A stretch of DNA of 61,726 nucleotides. Origin: Muribaculaceae bacterium. GTDB taxonomy: Bacteria > Bacteroidota > Bacteroidia > Bacteroidales > Muribaculaceae. Below are positions 1-7,700 of the stretch, piece after piece. The DNA lies in the NCBI GenBank assembly GCA_017453505.1, contig JAFTEU010000070.1:1-61726 (forward strand), in the 5' to 3' direction. Positions within the stretch are counted from its first letter, which is position 1; each line of letters opens with the position of its first letter. The notes below the pieces were generated by a model. The model saw only the letters and a program-made list of their open reading frames with translations, searched no databases and was not told where the DNA came from. Both the position numbers and the translations under genes were made by a program.

Positions 1-157
1 CTTTATTACTACTTTTGCCATGTCTGTCAGTGGTTTTTGACTGGTTTTTATTGCAGCACTAAATTAGGTGAAATCCCTGACATGGCAAAATCCTGGGCAA
101 CTTTTTGTTGTCCAGGATGTTATAAAGTTATTTCAAAAATATGCTGCGGATTTAAGG
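1..157 (-). mobile_element. IS1380-family insertion sequence, left end and first 7 codons of transposase (truncated by window edge)
   Basis: Minus strand from 21 reads ATG GCA AAA GTA GTA ATA AAG (MAKVVIK), like Bacteroides IS1380-family transposase N-termini (MAKxxIKS...). Terminus CCTTAAATCCGCAGC at 157. 21-157 is the reverse complement of 61590-61726 with 1 mismatch. Confidence 0.8.
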
Positions 158-237
158 CAATGTGAAAAGTCGGGCGCTCTCGGGTGAGGGCGCTTGCTTT
201 TTTTGCGCCTGTTCTTTGTATTGTCAATGATTATGGT

Positions 238-245
238 TACCTTTG
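238..245 (+). promoter_or_regulatory. Bacteroidetes -7 promoter box for patatin gene
   Basis: TACCTTTG matches TAnnTTTG, 26 nt before ATG 272. Confidence 0.55.
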
Positions 246-271
246 TCGGTAATCCTTATAGAAACGACGCA

Positions 272-1888
272 ATGAAGAACGAACTGAATATCGGAATGTC
301 ATTTTCGGGTGGCGGTTACAGAGCCGCGACCTTCGACCTGGGTACATTGTCCTTCTTGAACAGCATCCAGCTTGATGACGGGCGCACGTTGCTTGACTGT
401 GTATCGGCGCTGTCGTCGGTGTCGGGTGGCACGATCACCGCAATGAAGTATATGCTGGCGCGGGCACGTGGGCAGCGTGTCGATGACATGGTCAACGAGT
501 TGTTTGATTTCCTGTGCAATGAGGATCTGATGACCCATGCCTTGCAGCGGCTGAGCGATGAGAAGGCCAACCGTGAAGCCTCAAGCATCAAGATTATGGC
601 TGGCATCTACGACCAGCTCTTGTTTGACCATGCCACGATGGGTGACATCATTGACCACTTTGATCGCATCCCCGTCAAGGACTACACTGCGTTGTCCACC
701 GACTTTGACAACTCCTTGCCTTTCCGTTTTCGCTTAACCGAGGGACAGATGTCTGACGGAGAGCGGATGACTTATGGTGTCTTCGGCAACCAGAAGCACA
801 GCATCGGCCGTAGCGTGGTTCGCCACATTACCCCGGGTGAGGCCCTAGCATGCTCGTCGTGTTTTCCCAGCGGCTTTGAGCCCATGATGTATCCCGATGA
901 CTTCCAGGTCTCGCAACTTGAGGACATTGCCCACGACATCAAGTCTCGCTTCGGCCTCATGGACGGAGCCCTCTCGGACAATCAGGGCATCGACCCCATC
1001 CTGCTGGCCGAGGAGCGCATGCGCAAGTATCGGATCGATAAGACCCGCACTGACAAGGCTCTAGACCTGATTATTGTGAGCGATGTCGCCAGCCCCTATA
1101 TGGACGGATATTCCCCCTGTGACCAGGCCATGCCCAACGGCGTCGGCAAGCTGACCCTGGGCCGATTGCGCAACTATGGGCTCATCAGTGAGGCCGTAGT
1201 GATGGTGTTGTTTATTGTCGCTCTGGTGCTGGGCAGCAACTTCTGGCTGGGCGTGATGTCGGTCATTCTGGCTATCGTCACTCTGGCCAACATCGTGGGT
1301 GCCTTGCTCAAGAGTAAGATGTTCGCTGCTATCCGCAAGACATTTGTCGGCGACAGGGCGGCATTCATCAGCCATCTGAAGTTCGCCTCGATCGAGGCAA
1401 TGGTGATGAACCGTGCCAAGTCGGTCGTGATGATGAGTAGTGAGGTGTTCCTCAAGCGCCTGCGGCAGATGAGCTACAGCACTATCTATGACAACCAGGA
1501 TTGGCACAACCGAGCCGTGACAAGCACCATCTATGAGTTGCGCCAGGGCGAGCGATGGGAGTCCATGAGCAAGAACGGCACCATGCCAGGCTATCTTGTG
1601 CCTAGCCTCGCCATCCAGCAGAATAGCGCTCGTGCTGCCAGCATGGGCACCACCTTGTGGTTTACTGCCGAGGATAAGGCGGCGGGTATGCCACAGGCCC
1701 TGCTTGCCGCTGGCCAGTATAACATGTGTTACAACCTGCTCGACTATATTGAGAAGATCGAGGCCGACCCGACTAACCTCACCGGGGCTCACCGTAGTAT
1801 GGTCGCCTGCAAACCTCAATTGCTTGCTGCATGGCAGCGCTTCCAGCAGGATCCCCACTGGATGGTGCCTGACGTGACACGCCGCTGA
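272..1888 (+). CDS. Patatin-like phospholipase with an internal two-helix membrane segment
   Basis: SGGGYRA glycine loop, SVSGG nucleophile elbow, DGA motif, hydrophobic stretch VVMVLFIVALVLG...VILAIVTLANIVGALL. ATG 272 preferred over the track's TTG 194 because the promoter box lies between them. Confidence 0.85.
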   Translation: MKNELNIGMSFSGGGYRAATFDLGTLSFLNSIQLDDGRTLLDCVSALSSVSGGTITAMKYMLARARGQRVDDMVNELFDFLCNEDLMTHALQRLSDEKANREASSIKIMAGIYDQLLFDHATMGDIIDHFDRIPVKDYTALSTDFDNSLPFRFRLTEGQMSDGERMTYGVFGNQKHSIGRSVVRHITPGEALACSSCFPSGFEPMMYPDDFQVSQLEDIAHDIKSRFGLMDGALSDNQGIDPILLAEERMRKYRIDKTRTDKALDLIIVSDVASPYMDGYSPCDQAMPNGVGKLTLGRLRNYGLISEAVVMVLFIVALVLGSNFWLGVMSVILAIVTLANIVGALLKSKMFAAIRKTFVGDRAAFISHLKFASIEAMVMNRAKSVVMMSSEVFLKRLRQMSYSTIYDNQDWHNRAVTSTIYELRQGERWESMSKNGTMPGYLVPSLAIQQNSARAASMGTTLWFTAEDKAAGMPQALLAAGQYNMCYNLLDYIEKIEADPTNLTGAHRSMVACKPQLLAAWQRFQQDPHWMVPDVTRR

Positions 1889-1916
1889 GCGGCTGTAGTG
1901 CCACACTGAATTCACT

Positions 1917-1954
1917 TCAAGTCCCGGAAACGGCTCACCGTATCAGGGACTTGA
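1917..1954 (+). terminator. Stem-loop after patatin gene
   Basis: TCAAGTCCC...GGGACTTGA inverted repeat. Confidence 0.55.
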
Positions 1955-2109
1955 TTGTATTATATATAATGTGTGGTGGATGAGGTCAGGAATGGCATGT
2001 GCAGAAACAGACTAACTGAAAATGGCAAATTCTTCATTAAAATTCAGTGAAAAGTTGCAATAAGGATAAAAAATACAATAATTATGTTGTTCTAATCGTA
2101 AAAAGACAT

Positions 2110-2117
2110 TATCTTTG
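2110..2117 (+). promoter_or_regulatory. -7 promoter box for argR operon
   Basis: TATCTTTG (TAnnTTTG) in AT-rich spacer before 2151. Confidence 0.6.
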
Positions 2118-2150
2118 CGACATTAACCAATTTTTAAGTATATATTTCAA

Positions 2151-2720
2151 ATGGAGACAACAACATTAACAAAGAAACCAAGAAAAAAGAAAGTACTCGT
2201 GAAAAGAAAACGTGATCGCTTACAGTTGATAACTGATTTAATCAAGACGAACTGCATCGGCAGTCAAAGTGAGTTGGCTGACATGCTGCGTGAGCACAAC
2301 ATCAATGTGACTCAAGCAACCTTGTCACGTGACTTGAAAGCCTTGAAGATTTCCAAGGTGGCTACTGACCGCAATACCTACATGTATATCATTCCTGATA
2401 GCAACCAGTTGCAAAATAGGCTGTTGAGTATGCGTCAGACGGATGCTCACGCCGCTAAGCAGGTGGGCTTGGTGTCGGTGACATTCTCGGGTAATCTTGC
2501 AGTGATCAAGACTCGTAACGGCTATGCTCCAGGACTGGCTTACGATATCGACATGAGCCGTCCACCCGAAGTGTTGGGAACCATTGCTGGAGCCGACACC
2601 GTGGTTGCCATCCTTGCCGAGGGTGTGACTCATGAGCAGGCTCAAGCGGTATTTGAGCAATTCATGCCCAAGAACTCCCCTCACACCATCACGTCGTTGC
2701 CAAATCCTGCCAATGAATGA
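2151..2720 (+). CDS. argR: Arginine repressor family regulator
   Basis: SQSEL...VTQATLSRDLK winged HTH; C-terminal GTIAGADT (canonical GTIAGDDT). True start may be GTG 2199. Confidence 0.9.
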   Translation: METTTLTKKPRKKKVLVKRKRDRLQLITDLIKTNCIGSQSELADMLREHNINVTQATLSRDLKALKISKVATDRNTYMYIIPDSNQLQNRLLSMRQTDAHAAKQVGLVSVTFSGNLAVIKTRNGYAPGLAYDIDMSRPPEVLGTIAGADTVVAILAEGVTHEQAQAVFEQFMPKNSPHTITSLPNPANE

Positions 2721-3673
2721 TTAAGGTCGGTATCATCGGGTGTGATAACCTTGCTGCCGGCGAACTCTTGCGTGTACTCATCAACCATCCAGATGTTGAG
2801 GTGAAATGGGTGCAGGATGTCGCTTGCACGGGAGAGCGTGTGGATCACGTTGTGCCTGGAATTGTGGGGGAATGTGATCTCACAATCAGTGGTACGGCAG
2901 CGCTTGTAGATGTCGATTTGGTCTTCCTGACCGGTAGCCGTGACCAGGTGGAGGCAAGCCTGTCAACACTTGACTGGCCTGATGACCTCAAGGTCATTGA
3001 CCTGAGTGGCTGCCACAATCTGGACCATGGAGAGGGCAAACCGTGGACCTACGGCTTGAGCGAGATGCAACGACGCATTCTCGTGCATGGATCACGACTG
3101 GTGACCATGCCTGGTATTGCAGCCGAAGCCGTTCTTCTCGCATTGCTGCCGCTGGCCCGCAACCTGTTGCTCAACAGCCCATTGACGCTGCATCTCGCTA
3201 TCGGAACCGCAGCCTTTTCAGAAAGCGATAGTACCGTAGCAGGCCTTAGCATGGACGACTGGATCCGAGACCAGCGACAAGAGCTGACGATGGCTTTGGG
3301 GCAGTGTCAATCGAGCTTCAACCAACCGGTCGAACTCACGGTGGCTCCACTGGCCGAGCGTCGAACCCTGACTGCCGCTGCCCGTTTGAAGTGCGGTCTC
3401 GACGGAGAGACAATCAGACAGCTCTATGAGCAATATTATGATGACCATAATTTTGTCTTCATGGTTGACCGTCCTGTTGTCACTGCCGACATTGAGAACA
3501 CCAACAAGTGCTTGATCTATCTGGAAAAGGATGACCACAGCGGCTTGCTGACCATCCATGCGGTGATGGATGTCCTGCTCAAGGGGTGTGCCGGCAACGC
3601 TGTGCATGCGATGAACCTGTTGTTCGGCCTGCATGAGCGAGTGGGCCTTGCCCTGAAAGGCACAGGTTGTTAA
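2717..3673 (+). CDS. argC: ArgC (N-acetyl-gamma-glutamyl-phosphate reductase) homolog with degenerate catalytic motifs
   Basis: MIKVGIIG..GELLRVLINHPDVE, IDLS, NTNKCLI, LLKG.AGNAVHAMNLLFGL match ArgC. NPGC is replaced by MPGI. ATGA overlap with argR. Confidence 0.85.
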   Translation: MIKVGIIGCDNLAAGELLRVLINHPDVEVKWVQDVACTGERVDHVVPGIVGECDLTISGTAALVDVDLVFLTGSRDQVEASLSTLDWPDDLKVIDLSGCHNLDHGEGKPWTYGLSEMQRRILVHGSRLVTMPGIAAEAVLLALLPLARNLLLNSPLTLHLAIGTAAFSESDSTVAGLSMDDWIRDQRQELTMALGQCQSSFNQPVELTVAPLAERRTLTAAARLKCGLDGETIRQLYEQYYDDHNFVFMVDRPVVTADIENTNKCLIYLEKDDHSGLLTIHAVMDVLLKGCAGNAVHAMNLLFGLHERVGLALKGTGC

Positions 3674-3726
3674 ACGATACTTATTACAAACAACATACTA
3701 TAAACTCTAACAAATACCATTAAATC

Positions 3727-4137
3727 ATGTCAGTAAATAAAGTCATTCTGCTGGGACGAGTAGGCAAGGATCCTGATGTGCGCTATGTAGCACAGAATCA
3801 GCCCGTAGCATCATTCTCACTTGCAACCACCGACCGTGCTTATACTAATGCTAATGGTGTGCAGGTGCCTGAACGTACCGAGTGGCACAACATCGTCATG
3901 TGGGGCAAGAACGCCGAGGTAGCCGAGCGCTACATCCGCAAGGGTACACAGATTTATCTTGAAGGACGCCTGCGCACCCGTGCATGGGAAGACCGCAACC
4001 AGGTGAAGCGTTACACCACCGAAATCTACGTGGACACCTTCGAGTTGCTGGCGCGCCCTGCCAGCGCCAGTCAGCCTCAGGCTGCCAATCCTCAGCCTGG
4101 CGCAGCCGCTGCGGGTGAAGGTAATGCACCGTTCTAG
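3727..4137 (+). CDS. ssb: Single-stranded DNA-binding protein
   Basis: SVNKVILLGRVGKDP, TEWHNIV, C-terminal ...APF. Confidence 0.95.
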   Translation: MSVNKVILLGRVGKDPDVRYVAQNQPVASFSLATTDRAYTNANGVQVPERTEWHNIVMWGKNAEVAERYIRKGTQIYLEGRLRTRAWEDRNQVKRYTTEIYVDTFELLARPASASQPQAANPQPGAAAAGEGNAPF

Positions 4138-4169
4138 TTCAGGAACATTGTCGAGTACTATAGAATAAC

Positions 4170-4209
4170 AGTCACGGGACGCTACCATTATGGCATGCGC
4201 CCCGTGACT
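4170..4209. terminator. Bidirectional terminator between convergent ssb and manC
   Basis: AGTCACGGG.CGC...GCG.CCCGTGACT stem. Confidence 0.65.
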
Positions 4210-4233
4210 ATTTAGATTCAACTGCTTGTTGGT

Positions 4234-5310
4234 TTAGAGAAACTTGTCGCCGAACTTTGATTTCACCTCGTTGACATAGAGTTTGATCTTCTGCTCCTCT
4301 TCCATGGGCACGATGAGCAAGGCATCATCGACATCGGCAACGATGTAGCCCTCGAGCCCTGATGCCACCACGAGTTTGTCGCCCTTGACGGCAACGATGT
4401 TGTTGCTGCTGTTGAACATCAGTGCCTTGCAGTTCTGTGTGACATTGCCATCCTTGTTCTTGGGCGAGTGGTCATAGAGTGACCTCCAGGTGCCCAGGTC
4501 GTTCCATCCGAAGTCCACCGTCTCGACATAGACGTTGGGAGCCTTCTCCATGACGGCAAAGTCGATGCTGATGCTGGGGCATGCTCCGAAGTTGGCGTTG
4601 ATATATTCCTGCTCATGCGGTGTGCCGAAGTATTGTTCGCCGTGCTCAAAGATGGCATTGACCTCGGGAGCGCAGTGGTTGAGGGCGTTAAGGATGCTGT
4701 CGGCACTCCAGAAGAACATTCCGGAGTTCCAGTAGAACTCTCCTGACTTCAGAAATTCGCGGGCAAGGTCTTCGTCAGGCTTCTCGGTGAAGGTCTTTAC
4801 TGCCGAGAAATTGCCTTCGATGTGTTGACCCACCTGAATGTAACCATAGCCCGTTTCAGGCCGGCTGGGCTTGATGCCCATGGTTACCAGTGCATCGCGG
4901 CTCTCGATGAACTCAAAGGCGCTGATGACGCTCTGCCTGAATTTCTCCACATTGATAATCAGGTGGTCGCTGGGTGCCACCATCATCTTGGCATCGGGGT
5001 TGATGGCCTTGATGTGATGAGCAGCCCATGCGATGCAGGGGGCCGTGTTGCGCCGTGCAGGCTCGAGCAGAATCTGGTTCTGCTTGATCTCGGGCAGCTG
5101 TTCCTTGATCAGGGGTTCGTAGCTCTCGTTGGTCAGCAGGATGATGTTATCGACGGGTACAATGCCCTGCATGCGGTCAAAGGCCGTCTGCAACAAGCTG
5201 CGTCCGGTACCGAAGAAGTCAATGAACTGTTTGGGCATAGCGGCTTTGCTGAACGGCCAGAAACGGCTGCCCACGCCACCGCACATAATCACGCAATATC
5301 TGTTATTCAT
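4234..5310 (-). CDS. manC: Mannose-1-phosphate guanylyltransferase
   Basis: VIMCGGVGSRFWP, PKQF, EPARRNTAPCI, ETGYGYI, WNDLGTW. Confidence 0.93.
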   Translation of the reverse strand: MNNRYCVIMCGGVGSRFWPFSKAAMPKQFIDFFGTGRSLLQTAFDRMQGIVPVDNIILLTNESYEPLIKEQLPEIKQNQILLEPARRNTAPCIAWAAHHIKAINPDAKMMVAPSDHLIINVEKFRQSVISAFEFIESRDALVTMGIKPSRPETGYGYIQVGQHIEGNFSAVKTFTEKPDEDLAREFLKSGEFYWNSGMFFWSADSILNALNHCAPEVNAIFEHGEQYFGTPHEQEYINANFGACPSISIDFAVMEKAPNVYVETVDFGWNDLGTWRSLYDHSPKNKDGNVTQNCKALMFNSSNNIVAVKGDKLVVASGLEGYIVADVDDALLIVPMEEEQKIKLYVNEVKSKFGDKFL

Positions 5311-5345
5311 GATGATGTCTGGTTGTTAGGATTGCAGTAGTGAGG

Positions 5346-5353
5346 CAAAGTTA
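5346..5353 (-). promoter_or_regulatory. -7 promoter box for manC
   Basis: TAACTTTG on minus strand. Confidence 0.55.
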
Positions 5354-5458
5354 CAAATAAAAAAAGAAATGGACGAGGTTATCTCAAGATATTACCATAA
5401 TTGGTAAGAAATGGCACCGTTCCGCACCTCATGGATGGCGCGGTGGCATCACCCGTGG

Positions 5459-5932
5459 TCACTCGTCATAGTAGATGGGTAGCGTGCGGCTGATGCTCTG
5501 CTCCAGAGAGATCAGTGTCTCGGTCGCGGCCACGCCCTCGATGTGCTGGATGCGGTCGTTGACCAGTGACATCAAGTGCTCGTTGTCTCGGGCGTACACC
5601 TTAATCATCATGGTGTAATGACCTGTGGTGAAATGGCATTCCACGACTTCCCTGATCTTCAGCAGCTCAGGAACTACGGTCCGGTACATCGAGCCGCGCT
5701 CGAGGGTCAGACCGATAAAGGTGCAAGTCGAGTATCCGAGTAACTTGGGATTCACATTGTAGCCTGAACCGGTGATGACACCATCGTCAATCAAGCGCTG
5801 GATGCGCTGGTGGACTGCTGCACGTGACACACCGCAAACCTGGGCAACGTCTTTGCTCGGAATACGTGCATTATTCATCACAATTTCTAGAATTTTCTTG
5901 TCTAGAGTGTCAATTTTTTCCATGAAAACCAA
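5459..5932 (-). CDS. Lrp/AsnC family transcriptional regulator
   Basis: IDTLDKKIL..NARIP..VA..GVSRAAVHQRIQRL HTH; ECHFTTG RAM domain. Start may be 5923. Confidence 0.93.
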   Translation of the reverse strand: MVFMEKIDTLDKKILEIVMNNARIPSKDVAQVCGVSRAAVHQRIQRLIDDGVITGSGYNVNPKLLGYSTCTFIGLTLERGSMYRTVVPELLKIREVVECHFTTGHYTMMIKVYARDNEHLMSLVNDRIQHIEGVAATETLISLEQSISRTLPIYYDE

Positions 5933-6277
5933 TATTTAGTAACCAATTGCAAATGTAGCGCATTTTTTTTGATGTTGCTATAGGTTTCGGTAATTATTTT
6001 TTATTTTTTTTTAACTGGATTTGGTAATATCTTGTAATACAGTGAGATATGTATTTTTATTGATAACTGTGAGCCACGTTGCGGTGACCAGGTTGAACCA
6101 TGATTACCTGAGCCCCGCAGGACGAAACATGTCCACTTAATTTTACACTTGTAAATTGATGTATTAAACCGCTGATAACCAATAAGATTATAGTTATTAA
6201 CAAGGCCTGTTAACAATTTTTATTTTCAAAATTGTAAATAATTGGTTTGGGAATGCAAATTTTCCAAAAAAAAGTTG

Positions 6278-6285
6278 TACCTTTG
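6278..6285 (+). promoter_or_regulatory. -7 promoter box for dcw operon
   Basis: TACCTTTG 53 nt upstream of rsmH ATG. Confidence 0.6.
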
Positions 6286-6338
6286 AAGTCCCCAAAAAGA
6301 GGGGTTGGGAAATCCTCTTGAAACCAACGGCAAAAGCA

Positions 6339-7265
6339 ATGGAACAGACTGTATATCACATACCTGCACTGCTCACACAGAGCATCGACGGACTTGCTAT
6401 CAAGCCTGATGGCTGCTACGTTGACGTGACCTTCGGCGGCGGCGGTCATAGCCGGGCCATCTTGTCATGCCTTGGCCCGAAGGGCCGCCTCATCGGCATG
6501 GATCAGGATATGGACGCGTGGCAGAACCGCTTACAGGATGACAGGTTTACATTTGCACACGGTAATTTCGCCTATCTCAAGAACTTCTTGCGGTATTACG
6601 GTTGTGACCATGTGGACGGTATTCTTGCCGACTTGGGAGTGTCGTTCCATCACTTCGACGACGTGGAGCGTGGCTTCACCTTCCGCGCTGACGCGCCGCT
6701 CGACATGCGCATGAACCGCAATGCCGCCCTCACAGCCCGCGACCTTCTCAATGGCTACAGTGAGGAGCGTCTAGCCGACATCCTGTACCTCTACGGCGAG
6801 TTGCGCCAGTCGCGCCGCATGGCGGCAGCCATCATCAAGGCGCGGCCATTGTCGACGACCGGCGACCTGGTCAATGTGGTGCGCCCGTTGATCAGGCCCG
6901 CTCAGGAGAAGAAAGAACTGTCGATGGTTTTCCAGGCCTTGCGCATCGAGGTCAACGGCGAACTTGATGCTCTGCGCAAGCTCTTGGCGCAGTCGCTCGA
7001 GGTGCTCAATCCTGGTGGCCGCCTGGCAGTGATTACCTATCACTCGCTGGAAGACCGTCTGGTCAAGAACTTCATGCGCACTGGTAACATCGAGGGCCGT
7101 CAAGAGAAGGATTTCTATGGCCGTGTGAATACCCCATGGCACGTAGTCACAGGCAAGGTGATCGCACCCAGTGCCGATGAAGTAGAACGCAATCCGCGTT
7201 CGCGCAGTGCTAAGCTGCGCGTGGCCGAACTTGTGTCGCGCCCCGACAATGGACAACAGTATTAA
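6339..7265 (+). CDS. rsmH: 16S rRNA m4C1402 methyltransferase
   Basis: YHIPALL, DVTFGGGGHS, ADLGVS, PLDMRM, HSLEDRLVK, NPRSRSAKLR. Confidence 0.96.
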   Translation: MEQTVYHIPALLTQSIDGLAIKPDGCYVDVTFGGGGHSRAILSCLGPKGRLIGMDQDMDAWQNRLQDDRFTFAHGNFAYLKNFLRYYGCDHVDGILADLGVSFHHFDDVERGFTFRADAPLDMRMNRNAALTARDLLNGYSEERLADILYLYGELRQSRRMAAAIIKARPLSTTGDLVNVVRPLIRPAQEKKELSMVFQALRIEVNGELDALRKLLAQSLEVLNPGGRLAVITYHSLEDRLVKNFMRTGNIEGRQEKDFYGRVNTPWHVVTGKVIAPSADEVERNPRSRSAKLRVAELVSRPDNGQQY

Positions 7266-7300
7266 CCGCCTGCTAGGAGGCAATAAATCTATCATAACTG

Positions 7301-7651
7301 ATGAGTGAGAAAAAAAAGAAAAATGCGTCTGCGAACAGGAAACGGGCGGGCAAGGATATCATCCAAGGCCGCTTCTTCTCGCTGGACTTCTTCAAGCGCA
7401 ATGCCAAGTACATCGTGCTGCTGGTAGTGATGGCGCTTGCCTATATCGCCAACAAGTTTGAGTGTCAGCGCAGCATTCAGGAGCTCTTGGCTCTCAAGAC
7501 CGACCTGGCTGATGCGCAGACCGACCTCGTGCACTCGAGTGCCAGGTACAACTCGATGATCCTCGAGAGCGAGATGACCAAGCTCATGCAGAAGAAGCAC
7601 ATGGGTCTGGGCGCTCCTCTTGATCCCCCTTATGTCCTGAAATCAGAGTAA
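7301..7651 (+). CDS. ftsL: FtsL-like cell division protein
   Basis: Position between rsmH and ftsI; basic N-terminus, one TM helix, coiled coil. Confidence 0.8.
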   Translation: MSEKKKKNASANRKRAGKDIIQGRFFSLDFFKRNAKYIVLLVVMALAYIANKFECQRSIQELLALKTDLADAQTDLVHSSARYNSMILESEMTKLMQKKHMGLGAPLDPPYVLKSE

Positions 7652-7700
7652 TTAGCCGTCATTAACCAACCGATCAATACACAGACACTGCGAGATCATC

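Noticed and set aside
272-1888. CBASS patatin effector
   Set aside because: No CD-NTase or cap genes adjacent.
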